In this document: in pieces, positions 54,435 to 64,000 of the stretch
Layout of the letters: each line of letters begins with the position of its first letter
How positions within the stretch are numbered: the first letter of the stretch is position 1
Source of the DNA: Methanocaldococcus indicus
Lineage (GTDB): Archaea > AGJL01 > Methanococci > Methanococcales > Methanocaldococcaceae
DNA: 64,000 nt
Assembly: GCF_049554935.1 (NCBI RefSeq)
Contig: NZ_CP186926.1
Location: forward strand, 992,001 to 1,056,000
Direction: 5' to 3'
The notes under the pieces: model-generated
Seen by the model: only the letters and a program-made list of their open reading frames with translations
Database searches by the model: none
What the model was told of the DNA's origin: nothing
Made by a program: the position numbers and the translations under genes

Positions 54435-55358
54435 TTAAAATTCTTTAGCTGCTAAAACCATATTTTTAAGTTTATTAAAAGCTATATCTCTACTTAACAA
54501 TCTCATACCACAGTCAGGGTCTATAAGTATATTATCCTTTAAATTTTTGTTTAGATATTCATTGTTCTTTAAAATTTCTAATCCTTCCATAATAAGATTT
54601 TTTATATCTTCAACACTTTCAACTTTTTTAGATTTTGTATTTATACAACCAAATCCCACCTTTTTTGGGATATTATTTAGAATTTCTAAATTTTTTCTTA
54701 TTGAAGAAAATTCATGGTCTAAAATATCCACATTGAATTTAAAAAGGTCATCAGCTACTTTTGTAACATCTCCACATACATGCATAGCAATAGGTTTTTT
54801 TACACCTTTTATAGTTATATCAATAGCTTTTTTAGCAACATCTAAATCCATAATTCCTGTTGATAAAATAGGTTCATCTATCTGAATATAACTGACATGT
54901 CTCTCAATTGCTAAGAGCTCTTTATTTAAAGCAGCAGCAATATCATAAATTAAGTTTTCATCTTTATTATCAGTATAGAAATTCTCAACTCTTACAGAGC
55001 TTGCAATTGTTGAAGGTCCAGTTATGATACCTTTAATTTCTACATTTGGATTTAATTTTTTAGCTATTTTTTTTGCATAAAGAATGTCTTTTAAAGTAAT
55101 AGGCTTCATAAATTCAACTTTACTTACAACTCTTTTATCTTCAAACCCAAACATATTTTTTGTAAATATCTCTATCATATCTCCTCTAACTTGCCCATCT
55201 GAAATAATATTTATTCCAGCAGATATTTGGTCTTTAACAGCTATTTCAATAGCATATTTATATTTATCATACAATCCAAATGTCTCTAAAATCTTCTCAA
55301 AAAAAGATAATTTTTCTTTGAAAATTACTGGATAACTACCAACAACAGTAGTAATCAT
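54435..55358 (-). CDS. metE: archaeal core methionine synthase (MetE C-terminal type)
   Basis: VVGSYP, SDGQVR, TGPST, QIDEP, HVCG, DPDCG. Confidence 0.9.
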   Translation of the reverse strand: MITTVVGSYPVIFKEKLSFFEKILETFGLYDKYKYAIEIAVKDQISAGINIISDGQVRGDMIEIFTKNMFGFEDKRVVSKVEFMKPITLKDILYAKKIAKKLNPNVEIKGIITGPSTIASSVRVENFYTDNKDENLIYDIAAALNKELLAIERHVSYIQIDEPILSTGIMDLDVAKKAIDITIKGVKKPIAMHVCGDVTKVADDLFKFNVDILDHEFSSIRKNLEILNNIPKKVGFGCINTKSKKVESVEDIKNLIMEGLEILKNNEYLNKNLKDNILIDPDCGMRLLSRDIAFNKLKNMVLAAKEF

Positions 55359-56062
55359 TTTTCTCTCCTCATACAATTATTACATATCTTAATATACCCA
55401 GCTAAAAATTCTAAGGTTTGGTATATTTTATAATGTATATTTTTAGGAATCTTGTATATTATATATCCATAAATATAGCCAGTTATTACATCAACAATCC
55501 AATGCATTCCTACAATTAGTGTAGATATTGGGATTAATATAGCTAAGATGTAGAATAGGTATTTTATATTACTATCTTCATCTTTGTAATGGAGGGCTAT
55601 TAAAAAAGAGTATGCTGTATGCAAAGATGGTATTTCATAAGTTGGTTTAGTGAAAATCCAAAACAAATTCATATTTATTAAATTTTTAGCAACATCAACT
55701 TGGAAAGGTGACTTTACAACAGCTATACTGTATATAATTCCAGCTAATAACCATCCAATAGCTAAATCAACCAATATAGTATCACTCTTTAAAAAATCTT
55801 TCTTTATAAATAAGTAATAGCCTATCCCAAAAATAATAACAAAAGTGAAACAATATAGATATATAAATTTAAAGAACATTATTATAAAAGATGGAAGTGT
55901 TTGAAGGATATGATAAAATTTGTAGTTACATAGAGGAAACTCTAATATTAAATGTGTAAAGTCATAGGGTTTAATTATTTGAGAATACCACATAAATCCT
56001 CCCCATAGTAGATAAGCAATAGGATAAACTAACAATCTTATTTTAATTTCTTTATTTATCAT
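55355..56062 (-). CDS. PAP2-family membrane phosphatase/phosphotransferase
   Basis: Multiple TM segments; PSLHTA and HWIVD motifs. Confidence 0.85.
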   Translation of the reverse strand: MINKEIKIRLLVYPIAYLLWGGFMWYSQIIKPYDFTHLILEFPLCNYKFYHILQTLPSFIIMFFKFIYLYCFTFVIIFGIGYYLFIKKDFLKSDTILVDLAIGWLLAGIIYSIAVVKSPFQVDVAKNLINMNLFWIFTKPTYEIPSLHTAYSFLIALHYKDEDSNIKYLFYILAILIPISTLIVGMHWIVDVITGYIYGYIIYKIPKNIHYKIYQTLEFLAGYIKICNNCMRREK

Positions 56063-56081
56063 AAAATTCACCAGATTAAAG

Positions 56082-57497
56082 GTGGTTATTATTAAATTTT
56101 ATGAAGCAATATCTAATTTTTTAAAAGAATATAAAGTTTTTTGTTATCCAGGAGAACAGATATATAAACTTTATGAAAGCTTAGAAAATAAAATATTAGT
56201 TGGAGATGAAAGAGGAGCAGGTTTTATGGCTGAAGGTTATAGTAGGATTAACAATATAGGTTTTTGCTTAGTAACAAATGGCCCAGGAATAAGTAATTTA
56301 GCAACTCCATTGGCAAATGCATATAAAGATAACACCTCTATATTAGCAATATCTGGAAGAACTGAAAGAAAGTATATAAATAAAAACTATTTCCAAGAGA
56401 TTGAGATAAAGACAAATGCAAAGCAGTATTTTTTTGATACTCCTGATTTCAACAAGTTTTTAGATGCATATAACTACTCTCTAAGAAATAAAAAACCATC
56501 TTTATTAAATATTCCAGCAGATGTATTTGAAGAAGATTGTATATTTTTGGATGAGATGGATATTGATTATTCTCAAAATATAGATAATATTATTAATAAA
56601 ATTAATAGTATAAAAGCTGAAAAACCTCTAATCCTAATTGGTCAGGGAATATTTGGAAACCTTAGCTATGAGGAAATATTAAAAATACCAAAAATTTTAA
56701 ATAAACTTTCATTACCAATCTCTACTACCTATCCAGCAAGAGGAGTAATTGATGAATCCAAAAATATTGGTTTAGTTGGTAGGAGAGGAGATATTTCTTC
56801 ATTATTAAACTCAGATAAAATTTTAAATATAGGGTCATCATTATCCTACAATACATATCCTCCAAGTATTAGAGAAAAACTTTTAAAAAAGACAATTAAT
56901 ATTAACTTTACACCAAATAACTTAGAAGAAATAAAATACCTATTTGAAAATATTTCATTAGAGAGTTCATTAGAATATGAAAAGAAATTTTTTTCTCCAA
57001 AGGGAGATTATTCTCAAAAAATTAATGAAATTATAAAGTATGGAGATATAATAGTTACTGATGCTGGAAAACATACAGTATTCACCTCTTTATTAAAGAT
57101 TTGCAAAGAGCCAAAAACATTAATATCTTCTCATTCTTTTGGTTGTATGGGTTTTGGGTTACCTGTTGGAATAGGTGTAAAATTTGCTTTAATTGATAAA
57201 AATATTGATAAGGAAGTGTTGGTTATTTCTGGTGATGGAGGCATTTTAATGAATATTGAGGAGTTAAAGGTTATTTCTGACTACAATCTTGATATAAAAG
57301 TAGTTGTGATGAAAAACAATAAATTAGCTAATTTCACAAAAATAAAAAATCCTAATTTTATAAAAATTGCAGAAGGTTTTGGATTAGAAACAGTATATAT
57401 AGAGGATATTGAAGACATTAAAGAACTTAAATATAAAAAACAAATTTTTGCTGTTGTTGAGGTTGAAGATGAAGAACTACCTAAACCAAATTTATAA
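56082..57497 (+). CDS. thiamine-diphosphate-binding protein, acetolactate synthase large subunit-like
   Basis: YPGEQ, DERGAGFMAEGY, GPG, GCMGFGLP, GDGG...NN. Confidence 0.85.
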   Translation: MVIIKFYEAISNFLKEYKVFCYPGEQIYKLYESLENKILVGDERGAGFMAEGYSRINNIGFCLVTNGPGISNLATPLANAYKDNTSILAISGRTERKYINKNYFQEIEIKTNAKQYFFDTPDFNKFLDAYNYSLRNKKPSLLNIPADVFEEDCIFLDEMDIDYSQNIDNIINKINSIKAEKPLILIGQGIFGNLSYEEILKIPKILNKLSLPISTTYPARGVIDESKNIGLVGRRGDISSLLNSDKILNIGSSLSYNTYPPSIREKLLKKTININFTPNNLEEIKYLFENISLESSLEYEKKFFSPKGDYSQKINEIIKYGDIIVTDAGKHTVFTSLLKICKEPKTLISSHSFGCMGFGLPVGIGVKFALIDKNIDKEVLVISGDGGILMNIEELKVISDYNLDIKVVVMKNNKLANFTKIKNPNFIKIAEGFGLETVYIEDIEDIKELKYKKQIFAVVEVEDEELPKPNL

Positions 57498-57509
57498 AGG
57501 TGAGGATAG

Positions 57510-58367
57510 ATGGATGAGTTATTTAACTTATTATCAAAAGATATACACTTTAATGTAACTAAATTAAACAATGAGAACTATAATCAAAATTGGAAAGTTC
57601 CTGAGGGATTTATATCAATAATTGGATTAGAAAATGCTAAGAAGCCAGTATTCTATTATGGATTAACAGATAGCTATAAAGAAAAAACAGGATTCAAAAA
57701 AATTAAAAGTGTAAAAGGAGAAAAACTATTATTTTTCAGAGTTTATTATGTATTTGATAGAAAAGATTTATTAGACAAAGAGAAGTATGTTGTTGCTAAT
57801 GCATTTAATGGTTTATTGTTGGCTATAAAAATTGATAAAGATGACTTTATAAATAAAGCAATAGATACACTTACAAAAGCTTATGAAGAGGATGAATTTG
57901 TTAGAGAAAGTATAGAGTATATAAAAGAGAGCCACATGTTTGACAATATTGAAGAAGCTATTAAATTTATGGCAAATAGAGATTACAATTGGCTAATTGG
58001 AAGAATTAAATACTATGCTAAAACTTTCCAATACTCTGGTGAAGGTTACTATTTATTACCTCTAAAAACTAACTTAGAGATAACAGAGGGTTTAATTGTA
58101 GATAATGATAAAGTTATAGTAGATTTAGAGAACTGTCAGCTCTTCCAACATTATATACTCTATATTGACACAAAAAATAACAAAATTATATACAACAGAG
58201 AAAGATTATGCACTAAGATACCAAAAATTTTAAATATTAAAGTTAAAGAAGATGAGTGTCCTTGGTGTGGAGCTAAGTTAAGAGTTGTAAAAACTAAAAA
58301 AGGAGAGTTTTTAGGATGCTCAAACTATCCAAAATGTTTATATAGAAGATTTCCAAAGAAATCATAA
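57510..58367 (+). CDS. hypothetical protein with C-terminal topoisomerase-type C4 zinc ribbon
   Basis: CPWCG...GEFLGCSNYPKC. Confidence 0.8.
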   Translation: MDELFNLLSKDIHFNVTKLNNENYNQNWKVPEGFISIIGLENAKKPVFYYGLTDSYKEKTGFKKIKSVKGEKLLFFRVYYVFDRKDLLDKEKYVVANAFNGLLLAIKIDKDDFINKAIDTLTKAYEEDEFVRESIEYIKESHMFDNIEEAIKFMANRDYNWLIGRIKYYAKTFQYSGEGYYLLPLKTNLEITEGLIVDNDKVIVDLENCQLFQHYILYIDTKNNKIIYNRERLCTKIPKILNIKVKEDECPWCGAKLRVVKTKKGEFLGCSNYPKCLYRRFPKKS

Positions 58368-58389
58368 ATAACTTAAAATATTATAAATT

Positions 58390-58686
58390 TTATTTTGCTA
58401 TCTTAGAACATATATTTTCTAAGATTTTGTCCATATTTGGAAATAACTTTTTTAGTTCATTATCAAAGATATGATACTTACCATATTTTAGATGGAGTAG
58501 TTCATGAGCAATAATAAATTTTAATTCTTCTTTTGATAACTTATTAACTAAACTTTTGTTTATATAAATTATTTTATCTTTGAGAGATACAGTAGCTATT
58601 TTCCTTTTATAATGTTTAGTTTTTATTTTAACATTATATTTTATATCTAAGGTTAAACAAAGCTCTTCAACTAATTCAGAAAGCAT
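58390..58686 (-). CDS. short YgjP/M48-like zinc metallopeptidase associated with type I R-M
   Basis: IIAHELLHL..H zincin motif; directly after hsdR. Confidence 0.8.
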   Translation of the reverse strand: MLSELVEELCLTLDIKYNVKIKTKHYKRKIATVSLKDKIIYINKSLVNKLSKEELKFIIAHELLHLKYGKYHIFDNELKKLFPNMDKILENICSKIAK

Positions 58687-58689
58687 AAT

Positions 58690-61668
58690 TTATCCCATTA
58701 AAATAACTTTGACAACTTCATCATACAACTTATTAGAGAGTTCTTTAATTTCCCTATGAGATATATTTAGTCCTTTTTTAGCTTTCAATAAGTCAATTAA
58801 TAAAGCTTTTTTTATTTTTTCTATATCTCCTGGTAGTAAGAAATCTTTGTTTTCCAAAGATTTTAATTCCTCTTTTGTTTTACTTAATGATATATTATCA
58901 TATCCCATATCTTTGAGGTAAAGATAAATATTAAAAATAACTATCTCATGTATAGGAAGGTTTTTAACTTTATCTTCATACTCTTTAACTATTTTGTATT
59001 GGAATATTGTTTCATTTAATAGATTTTCAATATTTTCTAACTTTTTAATATATCTATCCTTAATCTCTTTTAGCTTTTTATAGATTCTTCTATAAATAGG
59101 GTCTTTTTTATCTTTTATCATATCCATAAGTGTAAATAGAAAGTCAGCAAATATTACTTCTTTTTTATAGATAGGGAGTGATTTTATATCATCAGGATTA
59201 ACTAATTTCAATGTTTCAAAATCACTAAACTCTAAATATTTTAAAAATTTCTCTTTAATATCTTTTGGGATAGTATATCTTTTAGGTTTTATTTGTTTAT
59301 TTATAGCTGAATATAAAAATCTTAAATAATCATAAATTTTGTAATATTTTATTTTATCTGGATAAGCACCAATAACTTCAAACAGCTTTATAAGGTCTCT
59401 AAGTTGATTATATATTATTAAAAATTCTTTATTTAGAACAATTTTAGTAATTATATATTTAACATCTTCATAAGATAGTTTTTCTTCTTCAATATTGTTA
59501 ATAAAGCTCTCAAAGTCCATATTTGTAATTTTCTTAAATAATTCTTTAAAATCATTAAATTTCTCTAAAAATGCTTTCCATACTAATTTAGAGTCAATAA
59601 ATAAGTTCTCTATAATGTCCTCAGAAATCTCTTTTTTAATGTATAGTTCATATTTTTCAACAGCTTTTTTATAGTTCTCTATTAATATTCCTGTTAAATC
59701 TACAATTAGTCCATAATTTTTGTTTATATCTGGCCTATTTGCTCTTGCAGATGCTTGTAGTAAAAGAGAATCTTTTAAAAACTGATGTATATACAGAACT
59801 TTTAGAATTGGAGCATCAAAACCAGTTAGTAGCTTTCTATTAACTATTAATACTTTTGGATACTCTTTATTTTTAAAGTTATCAGTCCAGAGTTTATTTA
59901 GCTTATCTATATTTAATTTATATTTTTCCTCCATTTTTTCCTTAAAATTCTTTATTTCTTCATCATCATTATGCTGATGTGTAATAACAACTTGAGAAAA
60001 TTCTTCATCAAAATATTTATCAAGATACTTCTTATATAGAATACAGGATTTTCTATCTTGGGTAATAATCATAGCTTTAAATTTGAAATTCTCTGTATCT
60101 TCTTTTATATGCTCAGCTATATATTTAACTGCTTTTTTTATTGTATTTTCACTTTTTAATACATCTGATATAGTTATTTTAATATCTTCATCTGGGTTTA
60201 AAAATAGATTTTCAATATCTACTTTTATTTTTTCCTCAGAAACATTTAAAAATATATCAAATTTTACAGGTCTCCATATTAATGGTAAAGTAAATTTTTC
60301 ATTTATAGAGTCTCTAATAAAGAATACATCTAAATAAAACTCTTCTGGAGGATAGGCAAATTCTTTAAATGTGCTATAATCAGCTTTATGAATAGGTGTT
60401 CCAGTAAATCCTATTAATATGGCATTTTTGAAAATATAGTTTCTCAATGTTGCCAATTTTCCAGATTCAGTCCTATGCACTTCATCTCTAAGTATTAATA
60501 TCTCTTTTTTATCAATCTTTAAATTTTCAAGTTCTTCTTTTAAGCTATTTTCATTAAATTTATGCATCATCAACAAATAAACTCCTTTAACAGATATATT
60601 TTTATTTTTTTCAGATTCTTTAATTTTTAAAAGAAGCTCTTTTAACTCCTTTATACTTTCTATTTTCTTGTAGCTTTCCCTAAAAGTTACATTTTTTAAG
60701 GAGAGAATAATCTCATTAAACTGCTCTTCTAATTCAATTCTATCAACAACTATAAAGACTATTGGATTTCTATTTTTGTAGATTTTGTAAAATAGCTCAG
60801 CTAAATAGATAATTTCAAATGTTTTACCACTACCTTGCCAATGCCAAATTAAACCTCTATTTTTGTTGGTTTTATTATTCAAATAGTCTGATACTCTTTT
60901 AAATGCCTTATTTACTGCAAAATATTGTATATATCTTGGAACTACTTTAGAAAGTTCTTTTTTTGAATCATGTCTATATAAAATAAAATTACATATAATA
61001 TCTAAAAGTCTCTCTCTTTTCAATAAATCAAAAATGTCCTCTTCTTTTTTTATATTTTTCCATTTATATGGCTTAGTATGTCTTTCTAATCCTTCATAAT
61101 TTGGGTATGTGGGTAGATAAAGCTTTTCATCAGCATAAGCTATTCCAATCTGTACATATTTAAATAAATCTGGAGCTTCTCTTTCATACCTATGTATTTG
61201 TTTAATTGCCTCTAAGTAACTATCTTCCTCTGTAAATTCTCTCTTAGCTTCAATAATTAAAATAGGAATACCATTAATAAAAAGTGTAAAATCTGGCTTA
61301 ATATTCCTCTTACCTTTAAATTTTAGTTCATGAGCATAGTTAAATACATTATTGTCTATGTTATTATAATCTATTAGTTTAACTGTCTTTGAAATTATCC
61401 CTTTCCTACCTTTATCAATCTCTACCAAAATCCCATTTTTTAAAAAATCTAAAACTTCTTCAGGTTTAGCATTTCTCAGTTTATCAATAGCTTTGTTTAT
61501 AAATTCTTCATCTATATTTGTATTAATATTTTTTAATTGTTTTTCTAATATAGGAATTATAATATAATCTGTAAATGCATAATCATAATAATTTTTAAGT
61601 TCTTTCCATCCTAAGCTTTCTAAATTGTTAATAATTTTATTATGTACTTTATACTCTGGAACTGGCAT
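58690..61668 (-). CDS. hsdR: type I restriction endonuclease subunit R
   Basis: PDFTLFINGIP..IEAK..QIHRY nuclease; HWQGSGKT, DEVHR, FTGTP, LLTGFDAP, QASARANR. Confidence 0.95.
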   Translation of the reverse strand: MPVPEYKVHNKIINNLESLGWKELKNYYDYAFTDYIIIPILEKQLKNINTNIDEEFINKAIDKLRNAKPEEVLDFLKNGILVEIDKGRKGIISKTVKLIDYNNIDNNVFNYAHELKFKGKRNIKPDFTLFINGIPILIIEAKREFTEEDSYLEAIKQIHRYEREAPDLFKYVQIGIAYADEKLYLPTYPNYEGLERHTKPYKWKNIKKEEDIFDLLKRERLLDIICNFILYRHDSKKELSKVVPRYIQYFAVNKAFKRVSDYLNNKTNKNRGLIWHWQGSGKTFEIIYLAELFYKIYKNRNPIVFIVVDRIELEEQFNEIILSLKNVTFRESYKKIESIKELKELLLKIKESEKNKNISVKGVYLLMMHKFNENSLKEELENLKIDKKEILILRDEVHRTESGKLATLRNYIFKNAILIGFTGTPIHKADYSTFKEFAYPPEEFYLDVFFIRDSINEKFTLPLIWRPVKFDIFLNVSEEKIKVDIENLFLNPDEDIKITISDVLKSENTIKKAVKYIAEHIKEDTENFKFKAMIITQDRKSCILYKKYLDKYFDEEFSQVVITHQHNDDEEIKNFKEKMEEKYKLNIDKLNKLWTDNFKNKEYPKVLIVNRKLLTGFDAPILKVLYIHQFLKDSLLLQASARANRPDINKNYGLIVDLTGILIENYKKAVEKYELYIKKEISEDIIENLFIDSKLVWKAFLEKFNDFKELFKKITNMDFESFINNIEEEKLSYEDVKYIITKIVLNKEFLIIYNQLRDLIKLFEVIGAYPDKIKYYKIYDYLRFLYSAINKQIKPKRYTIPKDIKEKFLKYLEFSDFETLKLVNPDDIKSLPIYKKEVIFADFLFTLMDMIKDKKDPIYRRIYKKLKEIKDRYIKKLENIENLLNETIFQYKIVKEYEDKVKNLPIHEIVIFNIYLYLKDMGYDNISLSKTKEELKSLENKDFLLPGDIEKIKKALLIDLLKAKKGLNISHREIKELSNKLYDEVVKVILMG

Positions 61669-61747
61669 ATTAAACACCAAAATCTGTTTATTTAATTCCA
61701 AATAATAATTTTATTAGCTTAATAGCATTAGGATTGGTTATAATTAT

Positions 61748-62042
61748 TTATTTAAACAACAGCAATTTACCAATTATTTCAGGAGCATACATTGCTAAAA
61801 TTATAATTAGAGCAATTATTATTATATCTCTTCTAACTAACTCAATCTTTTTTTCTAATTCTGTTTTAACCAATAAAACATCTTCCTTAGTAGCCAATTC
61901 ACTTCTTAGCTCATCCTTTAACTCATTTTTAATTATAATCTTTATTAAGCTCAATAATAATATCATAAATCTCCTTTGCTTCTTTTTCATCCATAACCTT
62001 TTTAAGTATTAACTTATATAACTTAGCATAAGTAACAGTCAT
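61748..62042 (-). pseudogene. frameshifted DUF1640/PaREP-like coiled-coil protein with C-terminal TM anchor
   Basis: GGTGAT-ATG at 62042 gives MTVTYAKLYKLILKKVMDEKEAKEIYDIIIELNK then frame shifts into KIIIKNELKDELRSELATKED...IIIIALIIILAMYAP; span 295 nt. Confidence 0.7.
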
Positions 62043-62073
62043 AAAATCACCAAAATTATATAAAAAGTGTGTT

Positions 62074-62121
62074 TTAAGTTTTTACTCTAATTTTCCCAGT
62101 TAGTAGTAAATCCATAACCTT
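62074..62121 (-). repeat. second, orphan copy of the hsdS 3' end
   Basis: Encodes [15 protein letters not shown], versus [15 protein letters not shown] of the intact hsdS (62192-62239), with synonymous differences. Confidence 0.85.
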
Positions 62122-62188
62122 CCATAGGGCTACCGCCCTATTGGTATACCCGGGATGCACTGCCTCGCTTCGCTCAGCAGTGCCTCTT
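62122..62188. mobile_element. GC-rich double-hairpin palindromic element (MJRE-like repeat of Methanocaldococcus)
   Basis: CCATAGGGC-TACC-GCCCTATTGG, then TATACCCGGGAT, then GCACTGC...GCAGTGC; only one copy in this window, family call from recall. Confidence 0.65.
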
Positions 62189-62191
62189 ATT

Positions 62192-63478
62192 TTATCTTCT
62201 TATCCTAATTTTCCCAGTTAGCAATAAATCCATTACCTTCTTTTTTGCTTTTTCTATTTGTTCTTTTTCTTTTCTTTTTATTTCTATTAAATCATCAATT
62301 GATTTTAATCTTTCAGCTATTGCTTGTTGTTCTTCTAATGGTGGGAGTGGGATTTTAAAGTTTTCAAGCATAGATTTTGATAATTCCTTAAATGTGCTTC
62401 CTCCACTTAGATTTTCAAGTAAATCTTTTTTAAACTTTAAATAATAAGCATAAAATTCAGAATTAACCAAATCATTATTTTTTGGGACTAATCCCTTACA
62501 ACCTTGATTAAATGTAGATTCAGCAGTTAAAACTGCAACATAACCAACTGGTGCTCTTGTTGATATGATAATCGAACCCTTAGGAATTAAATTTAAATTA
62601 CATTTTTCCAATGCTATTTTTGATATTTTTCTTTCACTATTTTCAATATAAATCTTTTCTTTTAATTTACTTAAATCTAATGGAGTTATCCAATTTATTT
62701 CCCCATTTTCCCAATATTCTAATTTTTTAGTTGATGGTGTTGTTCCAGTTTTTACATCAAATATCTTTTTAATCTCAACAACCTCCCAATCTTCTGGAAT
62801 CTCTCCAATCTCTGTTTTTTTAAAGTTTTTATGCTCAAAAACTCCCTTAGTAAATAATTTTTTCATCATTCCTTTTTTTGCTTTATTTAATGTCTCAATT
62901 TGCTTCTCTATTGTTTCTATTAGTTTGTCAAAGTCATTTAATACTTTGGCTATTGCTTGTTGTTCTTCTAATGGTGGGAGTGGGATTTTTATACTCTTTA
63001 AATCTCTATAGGACAGATTTGGTTGTGCCATCTGATTAGCCATATTTAATAATTCTCTAGATTTTGAAAACAGAGCATAATATATAAAAAGTTGGTCTAT
63101 TTTATTGTTTGCTACAATTTTAGCAACTCTTTGGTTTAATAATGCTGGATAGTTAAATGTATATAATCCTATTTTACCAGTGGTAGCCCCCGACAAAGCA
63201 ATGACAATATCATTAGGTTTTAAAATTATATCCTCTTTTATCTCTTTAAGCTTCTTTTCAGACAAATAAACAGTTTCCTCTTTATTGAAAATTATTTTTC
63301 CTGTTTTTTTTATATTGGATATTCTTAAAAGAGGAATGCCTTCCTTTTGGAATTCTTTACTCTTAAAAGCAAAACCCTGTATTATTTTTGCAATTTCTTC
63401 CAATCTTTTAACCTCCCAATCCCCTGGAACTCTCAACTCTTCAATCTCTTTAAAATTCTCTTCTCTGTAAAATTCCAT
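62192..63478 (-). CDS. hsdS: type I R-M specificity subunit S
   Basis: Two TRDs, each followed by [14 protein letters not shown]; PxDW motifs; LLTG end. Confidence 0.95.
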   Translation of the reverse strand: MEFYREENFKEIEELRVPGDWEVKRLEEIAKIIQGFAFKSKEFQKEGIPLLRISNIKKTGKIIFNKEETVYLSEKKLKEIKEDIILKPNDIVIALSGATTGKIGLYTFNYPALLNQRVAKIVANNKIDQLFIYYALFSKSRELLNMANQMAQPNLSYRDLKSIKIPLPPLEEQQAIAKVLNDFDKLIETIEKQIETLNKAKKGMMKKLFTKGVFEHKNFKKTEIGEIPEDWEVVEIKKIFDVKTGTTPSTKKLEYWENGEINWITPLDLSKLKEKIYIENSERKISKIALEKCNLNLIPKGSIIISTRAPVGYVAVLTAESTFNQGCKGLVPKNNDLVNSEFYAYYLKFKKDLLENLSGGSTFKELSKSMLENFKIPLPPLEEQQAIAERLKSIDDLIEIKRKEKEQIEKAKKKVMDLLLTGKIRIRR

Positions 63479-63501
63479 AATTAACCACCAAAAATTTTTT
63501 T

Positions 63502-63583
63502 TTAGAAAGAGTTTTTTTCTTCCTTTTCAATTTCTTTTAAAATATTTTTTATCTGATTTTTTAATTCTGGCATTCTTAGACAT
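63502..63583 (-). pseudogene. internally deleted HEPN (DUF86) toxin remnant
   Basis: ATGTCTAAG (MSK) overlaps the MNT stop, then jumps to a C-terminal-helix-like [23 protein letters not shown]. Confidence 0.55.
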
Positions 63584-63869
63584 ATTCAGCCTCTTTTAAA
63601 ATTTCATCTTTAATCATTGGATGTAAAGCATTTTTTGTAACTAAATCAACTTTTAGTCCTAAAATATCCTCTAAATAATATTTTAAATCTACAAATTCAA
63701 TTAAATCTGGAGTTTCATAAAATTCAACTAAAATATCAATATCAGAAGTTTCTTTCTGTTCCCCTCTTGCATAACTACCAAATATAGCAATAGATTTAAC
63801 TTTATACCTCTCCTTTAACTCATTTTTATGCTTTCTAAGAATTTCTTTAATCTCAGAGAGAGTTTTCAT
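63576..63869 (-). CDS. minimal nucleotidyltransferase (MNT antitoxin)
   Basis: [24 protein letters not shown]. Confidence 0.92.
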   Translation of the reverse strand: MKTLSEIKEILRKHKNELKERYKVKSIAIFGSYARGEQKETSDIDILVEFYETPDLIEFVDLKYYLEDILGLKVDLVTKNALHPMIKDEILKEAEYV

Positions 63870-64000
63870 TTTCTCCCTCAATGTCTTTTATAATCTTCTC
63901 AAATTCTCTTTTTATCTCTGGAATTTCGTATTTTGCAGTTTCCCAAACTACCAAATAATCCACACCAAAATACTGGTGGATTAATTTATCCCTCATCCTT
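63853..64000 (-). CDS. HEPN/DUF86 ribonuclease toxin, 3' part (partial)
   Basis: [21 protein letters not shown] (RX4HXY motif); stop TGA 63855-63853. Confidence 0.9.
   Translation of the reverse strand, partial: RMRDKLIHQYFGVDYLVVWETAKYEIPEIKREFEKIIKDIEGENENSL

Overview
AT-rich archaeal chromosome segment from a hyperthermophilic methanogen of the Methanocaldococcus type. The assignment is inferred from gene content, GGTGA ribosome-binding sites, the CRISPR repeat family and a selenocysteine-type fwdB. Most of the window is core genome: methanogen cofactor genes (cobA, cofF, hcgA, thi4, mobA/B, split selU), amino-acid and nucleotide biosynthesis, the S13-S4-S11-RpoD-L18e-L13-S9-RpoN-tRNAPro-RpoK operon, PolD DP1, and EF-1a/S10. 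Accessory parts are a frameshifted EVE-like/PD-(D/E)XK nuclease gene, a cas-less 12-repeat CRISPR array, and a type I restriction-modification locus at the right end. That locus carries MNT-HEPN modules, a palindromic element, a leftover second hsdS 3' end and two broken genes. Features missed by the ORF track: a UGA-readthrough FwdB with no visible SECIS, three or four genes with ATA/ATC/ATT starts, two microproteins, RpoK, eL41/eS32, one C/D and one H/ACA guide RNA, and a tRNA whose +1 base is the last base of the rpoN stop codon. A frameshift in an A-run of the essential hisS gene suggests homopolymer errors in the assembly, so other single-base frameshifts need read-level checks. All family assignments come from motif recognition by eye; no database search was run.
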